64,000 nt of DNA from the human T2T-CHM13v2.0 reference genome, Homo sapiens. The DNA is taken from NCBI RefSeq assembly GCF_009914755.1, contig NC_060928.1, one strand, 5' to 3'. The position numbers and the translations under genes are program-made. The notes beneath the pieces were generated by a model. It was not told the DNA's origin. It saw nothing but the letters and a program-made list of their open reading frames with translations, and ran no database searches. Shown here in pieces: positions 53,787-64,000 of the stretch. Numbering within the stretch: position 1 is the stretch's first letter; the number at the start of each line of letters is the position of its first letter.

Positions 53787-53942
53787 GTTATTACAATAAA
53801 ATGCGTAAAATACTCCTGAGACATAGCAGCCCAGTATTCCAATAGAAATTCCTGCATAATCTAATGCCATCCATCTTCGACATGTTTTTTCTGACCGATG
53901 GCAGGAAAAAAGATGATAGCCCACAGAGCAAAGCATACAGAC
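53787..53942 (-). CDS. PAQR3: PAQR3 exon 3: VCMLCSVGYHLFSCH...ALDYAGISIG...FYCNN
   Basis: TTTTCACAG acceptor, GTAAGT donor, 156 nt; SxxxH and LDY motifs. Confidence 0.96.
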
Positions 53943-54497
53943 CTGTGAAAAATAAAAACAAATTAACAAAGTGACTAAAGAAACTAAAGCAACTTATGCA
54001 TGATATTCAGGGAAGTAGTTAAGAGGCTAGGCTTTCAATTCAAACATTTATGGGCTTGGATTCTAGCTCTGTGCCTTACATGGCTACTGTAGAGCTCACT
54101 CTACATGTAGAGCCATGTAGAGCCATGAGGGAAAGCCTCAGTTCCCTCATGGGTAAAATGTAGATAATAATAATGAAGGAGAAAATTTAAAATAACTATA
54201 TTACAAAATGAAAATTATAAATAAATAGCACAGTAATGGGAAAGTTATACAATGCAAATGTTTTAAAACTATCATCTGAGGCTTGTTTTGATCCATGAAT
54301 TAATTTGTTTTTAAAGAGTATTTACTATAGAAGCAATATATAGCCTTAAAAAAATCAAAGAACATAAATATAAGCCCCTCTTACTCAATCTATTCCCCAG
54401 AGGTGGCCAGTGATAACATTTTTTATGTGTCTTTCCAGATATTTTCAATACATATGTCAAACACCTGTGATATATTAGTCTATACACATGCACACAT

Positions 54498-54532
<35 letters not shown>
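54498..54532. repeat. (TA)n(CA)n microsatellite
   Basis: Read directly. Confidence 0.9.
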
Positions 54533-54533
<1 letters not shown>

Positions 54534-54604
54534 TTTTAAAATTAAATGAAATCACACTATGCATTCTGTTCCACAATTGGCTTTTTTTCAGTTAAGAATG
54601 TTCA

Positions 54605-55030
<426 letters not shown>

Positions 55031-58000
55031 AATTTAAAAAACAGTGATGACTTGCTAACTTTATATGGTTGCCAAACTGAGAGTAAAGCTAATCTGATTC
55101 AATCAGCTGTTCTGATAATTGATAAGGTTCTATGGCAGAATGCCTTTCAGCTATTAAGTACCTGCTGTATGTCATACATTGGAGGTGATACAGAATCACT
55201 GAACAAACAGTACAGTAACAAATCCTACTGTACTTCAGTGCACAGCATAATTGGAAAAGGTGGGAGGATATTGACTCTGTGGAGGTACATGTGCATTTGG
55301 AGGGTGGGACTGGTGGGAAGAAAAGTATCAGAGAAGGGCTGTTCACCTGAGGCAGATTTTAAAAGTTGGGCTGGCATTCACCAAGGACATAAAAAAAGGT
55401 GTGCACATATTTATGGCTGGGGGCAGGGATTAAGGAAAAGCATCATATTCTTTATAATATGATTATGACATTTCCTATACATTAATGGGTTTTAACTTCA
55501 ATATTATGGGTATGATAAGATACTCCTGAAGATTTTAAGTGCCCCCCAACAGAGGTGTGGACTAGAAGGGCTGAAACAGGAGGTTACAGAAATAGCCCTG
55601 GAGAGCAAACACTGAGACAGTGACAGTGGGGTGGAGGCAATGGGACAAATAAACAGTATAAAGTAGTTACAAATGATAAACATTTTGTAAGCTATTGCTA
55701 AGGCAGTAACATGGTCATCTAGCTATTAATATTTTATATTCTGGTCATTAAACAAATCTAGTTACTATAGACTCAATATCAGTATTCAATAACAATGTAC
55801 TTTGCCACAACTTCATTGCTTCATCAATTGTCTAAAATCCTTAATAGTCTATAGCTTTTTGGTTACTAAGCAACCAATCAGTAACTAATTCTAAGTTAGT
55901 TATTTAAACGTAACTCAAAGAAGTTTGGTTATTTGTTTTCTCAGATTATCCTTGAGATTAAGCACCATAAATCAGGAGAACATAAAAGTGTATATTTCTC
56001 ATTGATGGGGAAAGATCCCATTGCCACAATGTTGAATGACACAAGGGCAGGTCGCAAAATAGCAAGCAGAGATGACTGTAGCTTGGAAGTAGGTAGACAG
56101 GTAAGGGAGCAGGCAGGTAGGCAGGTGCAAGGTAGCTATGCATACACAAACATACGCATTTGGGTTAAACTCATTGTTTAACGCAAATGTCCAATGTGGT
56201 TACCTCTGAAAAGTGGAATTTCAGGTGACGTTTTCTTCCACAAACTTCTGTTTGCCTAAATTTCTACATGATTATATCTTGTAGTAATAATTAGAAACAA
56301 ACATAAAGCTCATTTCATTGTGAAAAAGAAAATAAAAAGAGGAAAAAAAGAAACTATGGTATCCAAGGGAAAAGTAAAATAGCATTAACAGAAAACCCCA
56401 GATTTTAAAGTTAACCCATACCTAGTATGCCCTGTTTAAGAAGGAATATGTTATTCCTAGAGTTTAAAAATGGACTGAAAGATAATCTGGCAAATTGGGT
56501 ATGTTTCAGTTATAATGGAAAGTTTCCTTCTATGGAGTACCTCACTCCATCAAGGTAGACAGATAATTACAGTGTTACATTCACATCGAAACTCCTTGGC
56601 ATGATAACAAAATACCTCATGATTTGATCCCTGCCAATCTCTTCAGCCTTATCTTTCTCCATTCTCCTAGGTTTCAACCACAAAAACTAGTACCTGCAAG
56701 TCCAGAAAGTGCTAAGAAAGTGTGTCTTGCTTCTTTTTTCCTGCTTAAATGCCCTGCCTCACTGTCTCTTCTGCACACCTACGAGTGGCTTGACCTTTAT
56801 ACCAGGTTGGTTCTGTTCAGCACTGTTTTACCGATGCCTTGTATAGTGTCTGGATGTATATAGGACACATTCAACAAATATTTGTTAACTGAATGTAAAT
56901 GGATCAAATCAAGGCATTATTGTATTCTAACATTCTTCTCCAAAATACAAATACCCTGGGAAGGTTCAAAGCCCCTCAATTACATTCTATTGTTCAGAAT
57001 GTACTCTATTTATCTGGTTGCGAGGAAAGCACTAAAGCATACAGAAGCATAGGAGTGAGAAAAATGTTATGTCTTTTAATATTAAATGTAAATCAATATT
57101 AATAAATATATCTATGGTTTACTATACTGTCCACTGACCCTAAGAATCTGGAAAACTCAAGTGAACAAGTTATAATTTGATAAGAAGTGGTCTTTTCAAG
57201 TAGGGAAGATGTGCTCATCTGTCTTTAGTAAGTTGTACAGCATGTATTGTAACAATGATCATTGCACTAGCAAGTAGGAGAACAGGATTTTACTGCCCTG
57301 CTGAATAATCCTGGGCAAGTCACTGTAATATTTTGGGTCTGTTTCTTTATTGGAAATTGTTGTAATTATTTAATCCTTTTTAGTTTTGCAATGTATTGTT
57401 TTCTTAGGTCAATACTGAAATTGATACATATTCTCTGAACTAACATCAGCTGTGGCAGGTGGTGAAGGCATAAAGAATAGGCCTAGGGATGGAGGAAAAG
57501 AGCAGGGATTCTCAAAGTAGATAATATGCATATAACTAACAAGAATAGAAGCCAGTTTTTACTTAATGATTATTAATAGCATGTTAATCTATACTAAGAT
57601 GCACCTAAAAATTTAAAAAGAAATTGATTCATTTCCATTATAAAATTGGTTATGGATTTCAAGGGATATTTTGGCTGTAATCAGGGCAAAAATTAAACCT
57701 CAGAAAGAGTTTATTTTTAAAGAATATTTGAAGGAAAAATAATTTTCTAATAACAAAAATAGATTATGCTTTCCCTCAAAGAAAATTAAAATATTATTCC
57801 AAAAATTGGAATTAATAAAAAAGGGGAAGAGAGATTTGTTTTGCTGTGTTTCTTGGCCATTGAAGTCCAAAGTTTAAACTTGAGTAAAATGATGACTCTC
57901 TGAAATAAAATGATACATGATGAAAGCGACATTTGTGCAGCTGAGTTATGAGATTCACCTCTCAAACTCAGCAGCAACAGGCTAACTGCAGGGAATAGCT

Positions 58001-58738
58001 ACTCTGTGTCTGTCATGAGAAAGGGGGATAATAAGTTTTTCATTTTTGTGTTTTTTTATGTTCTCTGAAGCAGAAAAAGTTGTTTTAAATGTCAACAGAA
58101 CTACAGTCCACATTTGTTTTCTGATTCAAAATTATCTGTTTGAAATCTAATAAATGTTAACTTTTAAAGACATTTTTACAGATTCTTGAAAAATGCCAGT
58201 GCTATGGAACTAACAAATACAGGAGGTAGAGAGGAAAAGAAACAACGTATTTGAAGCCAGGCCAGTGGGTTCAAAATAAATTAACATTAAAGCAACAGAG
58301 TAAAAAATCAATACCAGCAAAACAGGACAGTAAAATATAGTATGGAAATAACAAATACAAAAATCACAAACACAAACAGGAGGAAAGAGATGAGAAATCT
58401 TCCCAAACAAGTTTTAAGTAGGCACTAGTGTTGTACTTCAGCCAGATAATAGAATGCAATCAAAGATTCCTATTTTTTTAATTAATCTTAAAGCAGAGGT
58501 GCCCCAAAAGAAGAGGAAAGAAACAAATTCTTCTCAATCTTTGTAATTTAATGGATTTCAAACATACTCTCATAAGAACACATCGTTTGGTGTTTATGTT
58601 ATGAAAATCAATAAGCTGACCAACATGCCATTCCGGGGCTCTTTAAAGCAAGTGGTAGGTCTGAGGTAAGGTCACCTGACCAAGACTGCCTGTCAAAAAG
58701 TTCTCTTTACCAACAGCAGTATTTGTGAAATGACTTAC

Positions 58739-58901
58739 CTGGAAGCAGAAAAGACAAATAGAACAAATTACAAAATCTTCTCTGGACGCACTTGCTGAAG
58801 GTAACACAGATGTCATGTCATATATTCCCAGGGTGAAGAAGAGAAAGAAACCCAGCAAATGACTCCAGATGTTTACTGTCTCATTAGATAAAATAAACAA
58901 A
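58739..58901 (-). CDS. PAQR3: PAQR3 exon 2: (S)LFILSNETVNIWSHLLGFFLFFTLGIYD...CLFCFQ
   Basis: TTTTCCAG acceptor, GTAAGT donor, 163 nt; NETVNIWSH PAQR motif. Confidence 0.96.
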
Positions 58902-60617
58902 CTGGAAAATAAACACACATGCAACTGAGATTCACATTGGCCAACTTACTGTCACGTTCAAAGGTTAGGGACAATTTTGAGGAGTTACCTAATACTTGCT
59001 CCTTTAAGCTCTTACCCCACCTGTACCTTTCTAAATTTGATATATTATCTAATTAAATTATTCTAAGTTTTTCTACATCGCCACCAAGTCTGGGACCACA
59101 GTTTTTTGGGTGCTCACCTCTATTATCATACTTACCATTTCCTTCTCTGTATTAAGAGATTTACATACAAATTCCATCTCATCTTCCAGCCTATCAATTC
59201 CCTAATGGTCAGTACCATTCATCTTTATGACACTACTGTTCACAATGCCTTGCTCAGATTAGTCTATAGACTAAAGGTCTCCAGAAATGAACGTGCAGAG
59301 GAAATCTGGATGTTAACTAGCACACTCTATCAATAATACGTATCTGAAAACCTGCTCAGTGCAAGGTTAGGCATCATCTTAAAATACTTTCCTAGAGCTC
59401 ATTAAATACAAATGCAAAATTAAATGGATTTAAGAGAAGCAAAATAAATATATATTGATCCATTGGAAAGGTTCTTTAAGATAGGCATGCCAGAACAACT
59501 TTGCCGTGGATGTTTTAAAACTAGTCTAGTTTCCAGGTGGCATAAGTTTCTCCTTTTCACAAACAACTGGACTTAACTTTTAATATGGGTACTACGTGCT
59601 CTCTTTCAAAATGCCCTGGGCTAACTGGACTTGGCAGCACAGGTTGCTAGAGCGTGTACCACCCTGAGTCAAGAGGCTCACTGTCCCCACCCTACACAAG
59701 TCACTTAACCTCTCCCGGCTTCAGTTTCTTCATCTATACAGTAATGGAGCTTCATTAGATGCTGCTGCAACTTTCTTCTAGCTCCTTTCTTACTTTTGTG
59801 AAATGGTTCTCCAGATGTAGATAGGACTCATCTGATTATTTACTGAAAGGTGACATCATGACTAAAGATTAAAATACTCTTGCATTTGTCTGCAAAATCT
59901 CGTATTTTTGCTTAAATTTAGGTTTTTGGTCTTCACTGATTCAGAAATCCTTGACATAATGACATTGACATATAACTCTAAATTTGTAGCAGTCACTGTG
60001 GTTCTCAGGTTCTCATTTTTACAAGAAATGGAATTTCCTATTTGCTTTGCTTCTCAACTTCATTTCTTGTAACAATGAAAGTGAGAACCATAGTGACTGC
60101 TACAAATTTAGTTATACGTCAACGCTTACTAGTAAGGATTTCTGAATCAGTGAAGGCCAAATACATGATGTATATAGCAAGGTGTCAAAACTATCAAATG
60201 ATCATCAAAAATAAAGTGAATCTTGGATCATGAATTTCAGGCTTTATCATGTACAAGCATCAAGTGTAAAGACTACTTATAACTGGAGGAAGGGATGCAC
60301 GAATGTGCTTGAAACATCTAACTACAGGACTGTTTTGACAATCAGTACTATGCTCTGCTTATTACTTCAGAACTTTTCTTTTTGTGAAATCCAGTATAAC
60401 CTGACTAACTGAACTGAGAGGCACCACCTCTCCATGTTCCCTGCAGCTAACAGAGGACTGGCAAAACTGCTATGACATACAAAACCTCCTCAGATTACAT
60501 CCAAAATCTGTCCCCGTCACTCCTGAAAGCCAAAAGGAGAGAGGGCAAAGGCTAAACTTGGAAAAGATAAGGCTGGTGGGAAGGCAAGAACATCTCCAAT
60601 AAAGAATCTACTCTTAC

Positions 60618-61076
60618 TGTACGAAAAGTTAGGTGTCTCCTGCACAGTAGACACACCTGACAGCAGTATCTTAAGCATACCCTGAGAATGACCCTATATG
60701 AAAAACACACTTGAATGTGTGTTTACAATTCCAAGCACGGCCAACCCTTAGACTGATTCCTTATCTATGAGGAACATCTGAGCCCCTGTCCCATCTCATG
60801 GAATGCTGACTGTACATGGGATGGAGGCCTTTTGTTTTGCAAATGAAGATTACCAGATGGAGGTTGTTAGGGGGAAGGGTGCTAAGTAAAAATGCTATTT
60901 AAACTGCATGCTTTCTGCAGGCGGCAGAGGTTCTCCCGTTCAGGCCACTGTCACTGGACCTCTCTGTAAATTACCCTAGTAAAACCCTATGTCTTGTTTA
61001 CTGGCTTTGGGTCTCTTCTTCCGTCTTTCGAACCTGGTGCCATCCTTATTGAAGTTAACAGGAGTCCAGCACCACA
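60618..61076 (+). mobile_element. Solo LTR, probably ERVL class (LTR47-like)
   Basis: TG...CA ends, AAGCATACCCTGAGAATGACCCT, TATA-like TATTTAAA ~60896, AGTAAA ~60978; family name from memory, left end approximate. Confidence 0.65.
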
Positions 61077-62657
61077 TCTTCGTATTCTGTTCAGTTTTAA
61101 AATCAAATAATCATCTTCATTATCATCATCTGTTCAGCTTCACAACCACTGGTGATGACAACAATCACCATTTATTGACGGCTTATTAGGTTCCAGGCCA
61201 TGTATAGCATTTCACACACAGAATCTTACTGAATCTTTTTTTACCTCTGGAAGCAGATACTGTGATTACCCTCATTTTTATATGTGGGTATAATGAGGCT
61301 CAGTGAGGTTACATTTTGCTCCAGGTCTCAGAGCTGTTAAGTGGCAGATTTGGATACTAAAGTCTTTGACTCAATAGCTCAAGAGCTAATGCTCTATACT
61401 TAATTTTCCACTCCATGAGATTTGGACCCTAACATCAGAACGCAGAAGACCACTGCTAGTTGAGTAGAAAATATTTAAGGCAATTCACTGCTTGCCCTAT
61501 TCTTGTGGAACTCCAGATCCACAGCAGAACTCAGCTGTGTAATTTACTCATGCACAGGAGGCACTGGGGAGGAAAACGGTAATTACGCTTCAAGTTGTGA
61601 ATCCTAAGGGCCATCCATTCAAGCCAAGTAGGGATGGGCAGTGATGTCACCTTGTGACCATGAGTCACAGAAACACTTTCATGGCAGGACAAAAGGAAAG
61701 AAGGGCAGGAAAAGACAATGCTGGAAAAATCAAGAATCAGACATGTGGTTGCCGCTTGAGCAATTCAACAGCCCACATTCTGGCACTAGGGTTTGCCACT
61801 ACAGCGACCTGGAGCTAACCAACACCTGTATCTTAATTCTCCTGAAGCAGAGGTCCTGTATTTTAGTACAGGTAGTAAGTTTGGACAGTTACTCCAAGAA
61901 CTAGAATAGTTATTTTTCAGTTTTGTTTTTTTAAAACACGGATTTTCAAGGGACTGTGGTTTTAAAGGTTTAAAATGATAAAGAAATTTCTTTCTTAGAG
62001 ATGCTTCTGTGGTGCTCTAGTGGAGACTGGGTGCCCGTTATGAGCTCTCTTTACCACAGTACTTTTCCTACACAGCATTTTTTCCACAATGGTTATTATG
62101 TAATTGTGTAATTATCTATTTAATGTCTGTTACCCAGGCTACACCTTAGTAGCTTCATGAAAACAAGGGCCATGTTTGCTTTTTTTTCTGCATGGGCTCC
62201 ATAAGTATTTGCCAAATGAATAAATCTCGGGTGTATATGTTAACTTGTTTCCTATTATACAGGCACTTATCTGGCCCAAAGCTACTGAATTCCCACAGTG
62301 TTGCTCTAAAAAGAAAGGTATACACCGGGCAAATATGGCTCAGCCCCATTTCAATATATATCTCAATGAGCCGAACAAACCGAATAAAGGATGTAAAAGC
62401 CCTTTGTAAAGAGCAAAGCGTCATAGGAGAGCTGTAATTATGATCACTGTTACTATCATGATTATTCCGTGGACCAAGTACCCCGGCCAGGTAAGGGGAG
62501 ATAACGGGGGAGGAGAGGCGGCAAAAAGGGATGAAAAGGATGGGGCGGCGAGGAAATGATGGGCAAGCAGAAAGGCGGGGAAAGCAGAAGGGGGACCAGA
62601 CAAAAAGGGTGTAGGTGAGAGAAGGGGGCACTCCAGGCGGAGGCAGCCAGACCGTAC

Positions 62658-62842
62658 CTTTTGATACACAGCCTGGACGGCAGGTAGGCCCGGTAGCCGT
62701 CGGTGATGTACGGGTTGTCCTTGAGGGACCCGGGGATCTGCTCGTAGGTGTACAGGCGGATGCCACGGGGCACCAGGACCGGCCAGTACTGGTAGCTGCC
62801 CAGCTCGATGTAATGCGCGCTCTTCAGCAGCTTCTGATGCAT
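62658..62842 (-). CDS. PAQR3: PAQR3 exon 1 coding part: MHQKLLKSAHYIELGSYQYWPVLVPRGIRLYTYEQIPGSLKDNPYITDGYRAYLPSRLCIK
   Basis: ATG at 62842-62840, AAG|GTACGG donor, 185 nt; DNPYIxxGYR PAQR motif. Confidence 0.97.
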
Positions 62843-63055
62843 CGTTCCCGGCCGCCGCCGCTCCCCGGCTCGGGAGCTCCCCCAGGTCCCGCCTCCCCGG
62901 GGAGGGGGCTTCGCCGCTGGCGCCCCCGCCCCGGAGCCCGCGGACGCTGCGCGAGGTCCTACCGCGCTGCCGCTGCTGCCCAGGGCCCGGCTCTGCGCTC
63001 ACACCGGCCACTGCCGCCAGCGCCGCGGCGGACCCGGCAGCGTCGCAGCCTCCTC

Positions 63056-63086
63056 TGACGTCAGCGCGCCGCGGCGGCCCCGCCCC
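63056..63086. promoter_or_regulatory. Full palindromic CRE (TGACGTCA, 63056-63063) and GC box (CCCCGCCCC, 63078-63086)
   Basis: Exact consensus motifs ~215-245 nt upstream of the PAQR3 ATG in a TATA-less CpG island. Confidence 0.75.
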
Positions 63087-63544
63087 TCAGCCCTAGCTGG
63101 GAGGGGCAGGGTGCTGGGGCGCGCCCGGGTATGCTCGAGCGTGCGCTGGCGGCGGCCCGGGCTCCCGGGCGTCTCTCACGCTGTGTTTTGGCGGCGCCTG
63201 GGGTCTTCGTTTGCATATGAGAAGAGCCGAAAGCACAGAGCTACAGGCGAATACAAGTGGATTTTTTTTCTTTTTCTGTTTTTTTATTAGAAGTAATAGT
63301 TGCTGCATTTTGAAAAATCAAGAGGAAAAGAGTTAACAGGAAGAAAAGTTCGAGGTAATTACCGTTTAGTTTATGCTTGGAATTACACACACTTAGTGTC
63401 AGAAGGGACTTTGAGGATTTCTAAGCTGAAGTCAGCTCTTAGCACGATAATTGGAAAGAGAGGAAACCTGATGCACGTGGAACATACACCAGCATCGAGC
63501 ACATCCTGAGCCATAAAGGAAAGCCCCCGTGCATTCAAAACTCC

Positions 63545-63770
63545 GACCCCTTTCAGCGTTATGTTCTCTGATCACAGTAGAATTAAACTAGAGTAACAAG
63601 AAAACTAAAAGTCTCCACGTCTGGAATAGGAGCAATACACCAAATATTTCAAGGGCTGATGAAGAAATCACAATGGAAATGAGAATATCTACTTAACTGA
63701 ATAATATAGAACATATTAAAAAATCCTGTGGAGTGCGGCTATAGTAGCGTTTACAGGAAGTGTTGCAGCT
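63545..63770 (+). mobile_element. Old L1 ORF2 fragment
   Basis: TTCTCTGATCACAGTAGAATTAAACTAGA...GAAGAAATCACAATGGAAAT. Confidence 0.65.
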
Positions 63771-63961
63771 TTGTTTCTGGCTATTTACTGTAATGCAAGT
63801 GTTTACTTATAATGGCAACAGGGCAAAACATCAGTTTGAGTACCGTATGTGTATAATAGAACGCTTAGTCCATTGTTTGGCATTGTAAGGGCAAGAAAAA
63901 TATCTTGTCCTCACTTATCACAAGGTTCACAGCTGACATTCCTATGAAAAAAATTAAGAGA

Positions 63962-64000
63962 AGCCAGGCGCAGGTGGCTCATGCCTGTAATCCCAACATT
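63962..64000 (+). mobile_element. Alu 5' end, cut by the window edge
   Basis: GCCAGGCGCAGGTGGCTCATGCCTGTAATCCCAAC. Confidence 0.85.

Larger units (their letters stand above)
62500..63200. promoter_or_regulatory. CpG island over the PAQR3 promoter and exon 1
   Basis: Abrupt rise in GC content and CpG density against the AT-rich background. Confidence 0.92.

Noticed and set aside
62155-63058. Overlapping 203-, 196- and 147-aa ORFs around PAQR3 exon 1
   Set aside because: Stop-poor CpG-island sequence; the minus-strand ones run through the exon 1 donor into intron, and none resembles a known protein.

Overview
Mammalian genomic DNA with primate Alu repeats; the encoded proteins match human BMP2K and PAQR3 as I recall them (chr4q21). 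It holds two convergent genes. On the + strand is the 3' end of BMP2K (BIKE): a 158-nt exon at 2349-2506 whose read-through gives the short isoform (stop 2542-2544), a 111-nt exon at 10789-10899 ending in a GC donor, and a last exon coding 34225-35648 with a ~4.3-kb 3' UTR. On the - strand is the complete 6-exon PAQR3 CDS (62842 to 44156, 936 nt, 311 aa) with a CpG-island promoter. The rest is intron/UTR with Alus, L1/L2/MIR fragments, Tigger1/2a/3b, MER1A, a solo LTR and a 7SL pseudogene. No CRISPR, tRNA, rRNA or prokaryotic system is present. Best leads, all hypotheses: (1) an in-frame, strong-context CUG in the PAQR3 leader giving an MGSSGS (myristoylation-type) 47-aa extension; (2) a duplicated GC-donor/stop cassette in the last BMP2K intron that could act as an alternative terminal exon, recursive splice site or frameshifting microexon; (3) an 8-copy DxFxxxPF motif array whose copy number depends on isoform; (4) several locally templated insertions. 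Repeat subfamily names and boundaries were read by eye.
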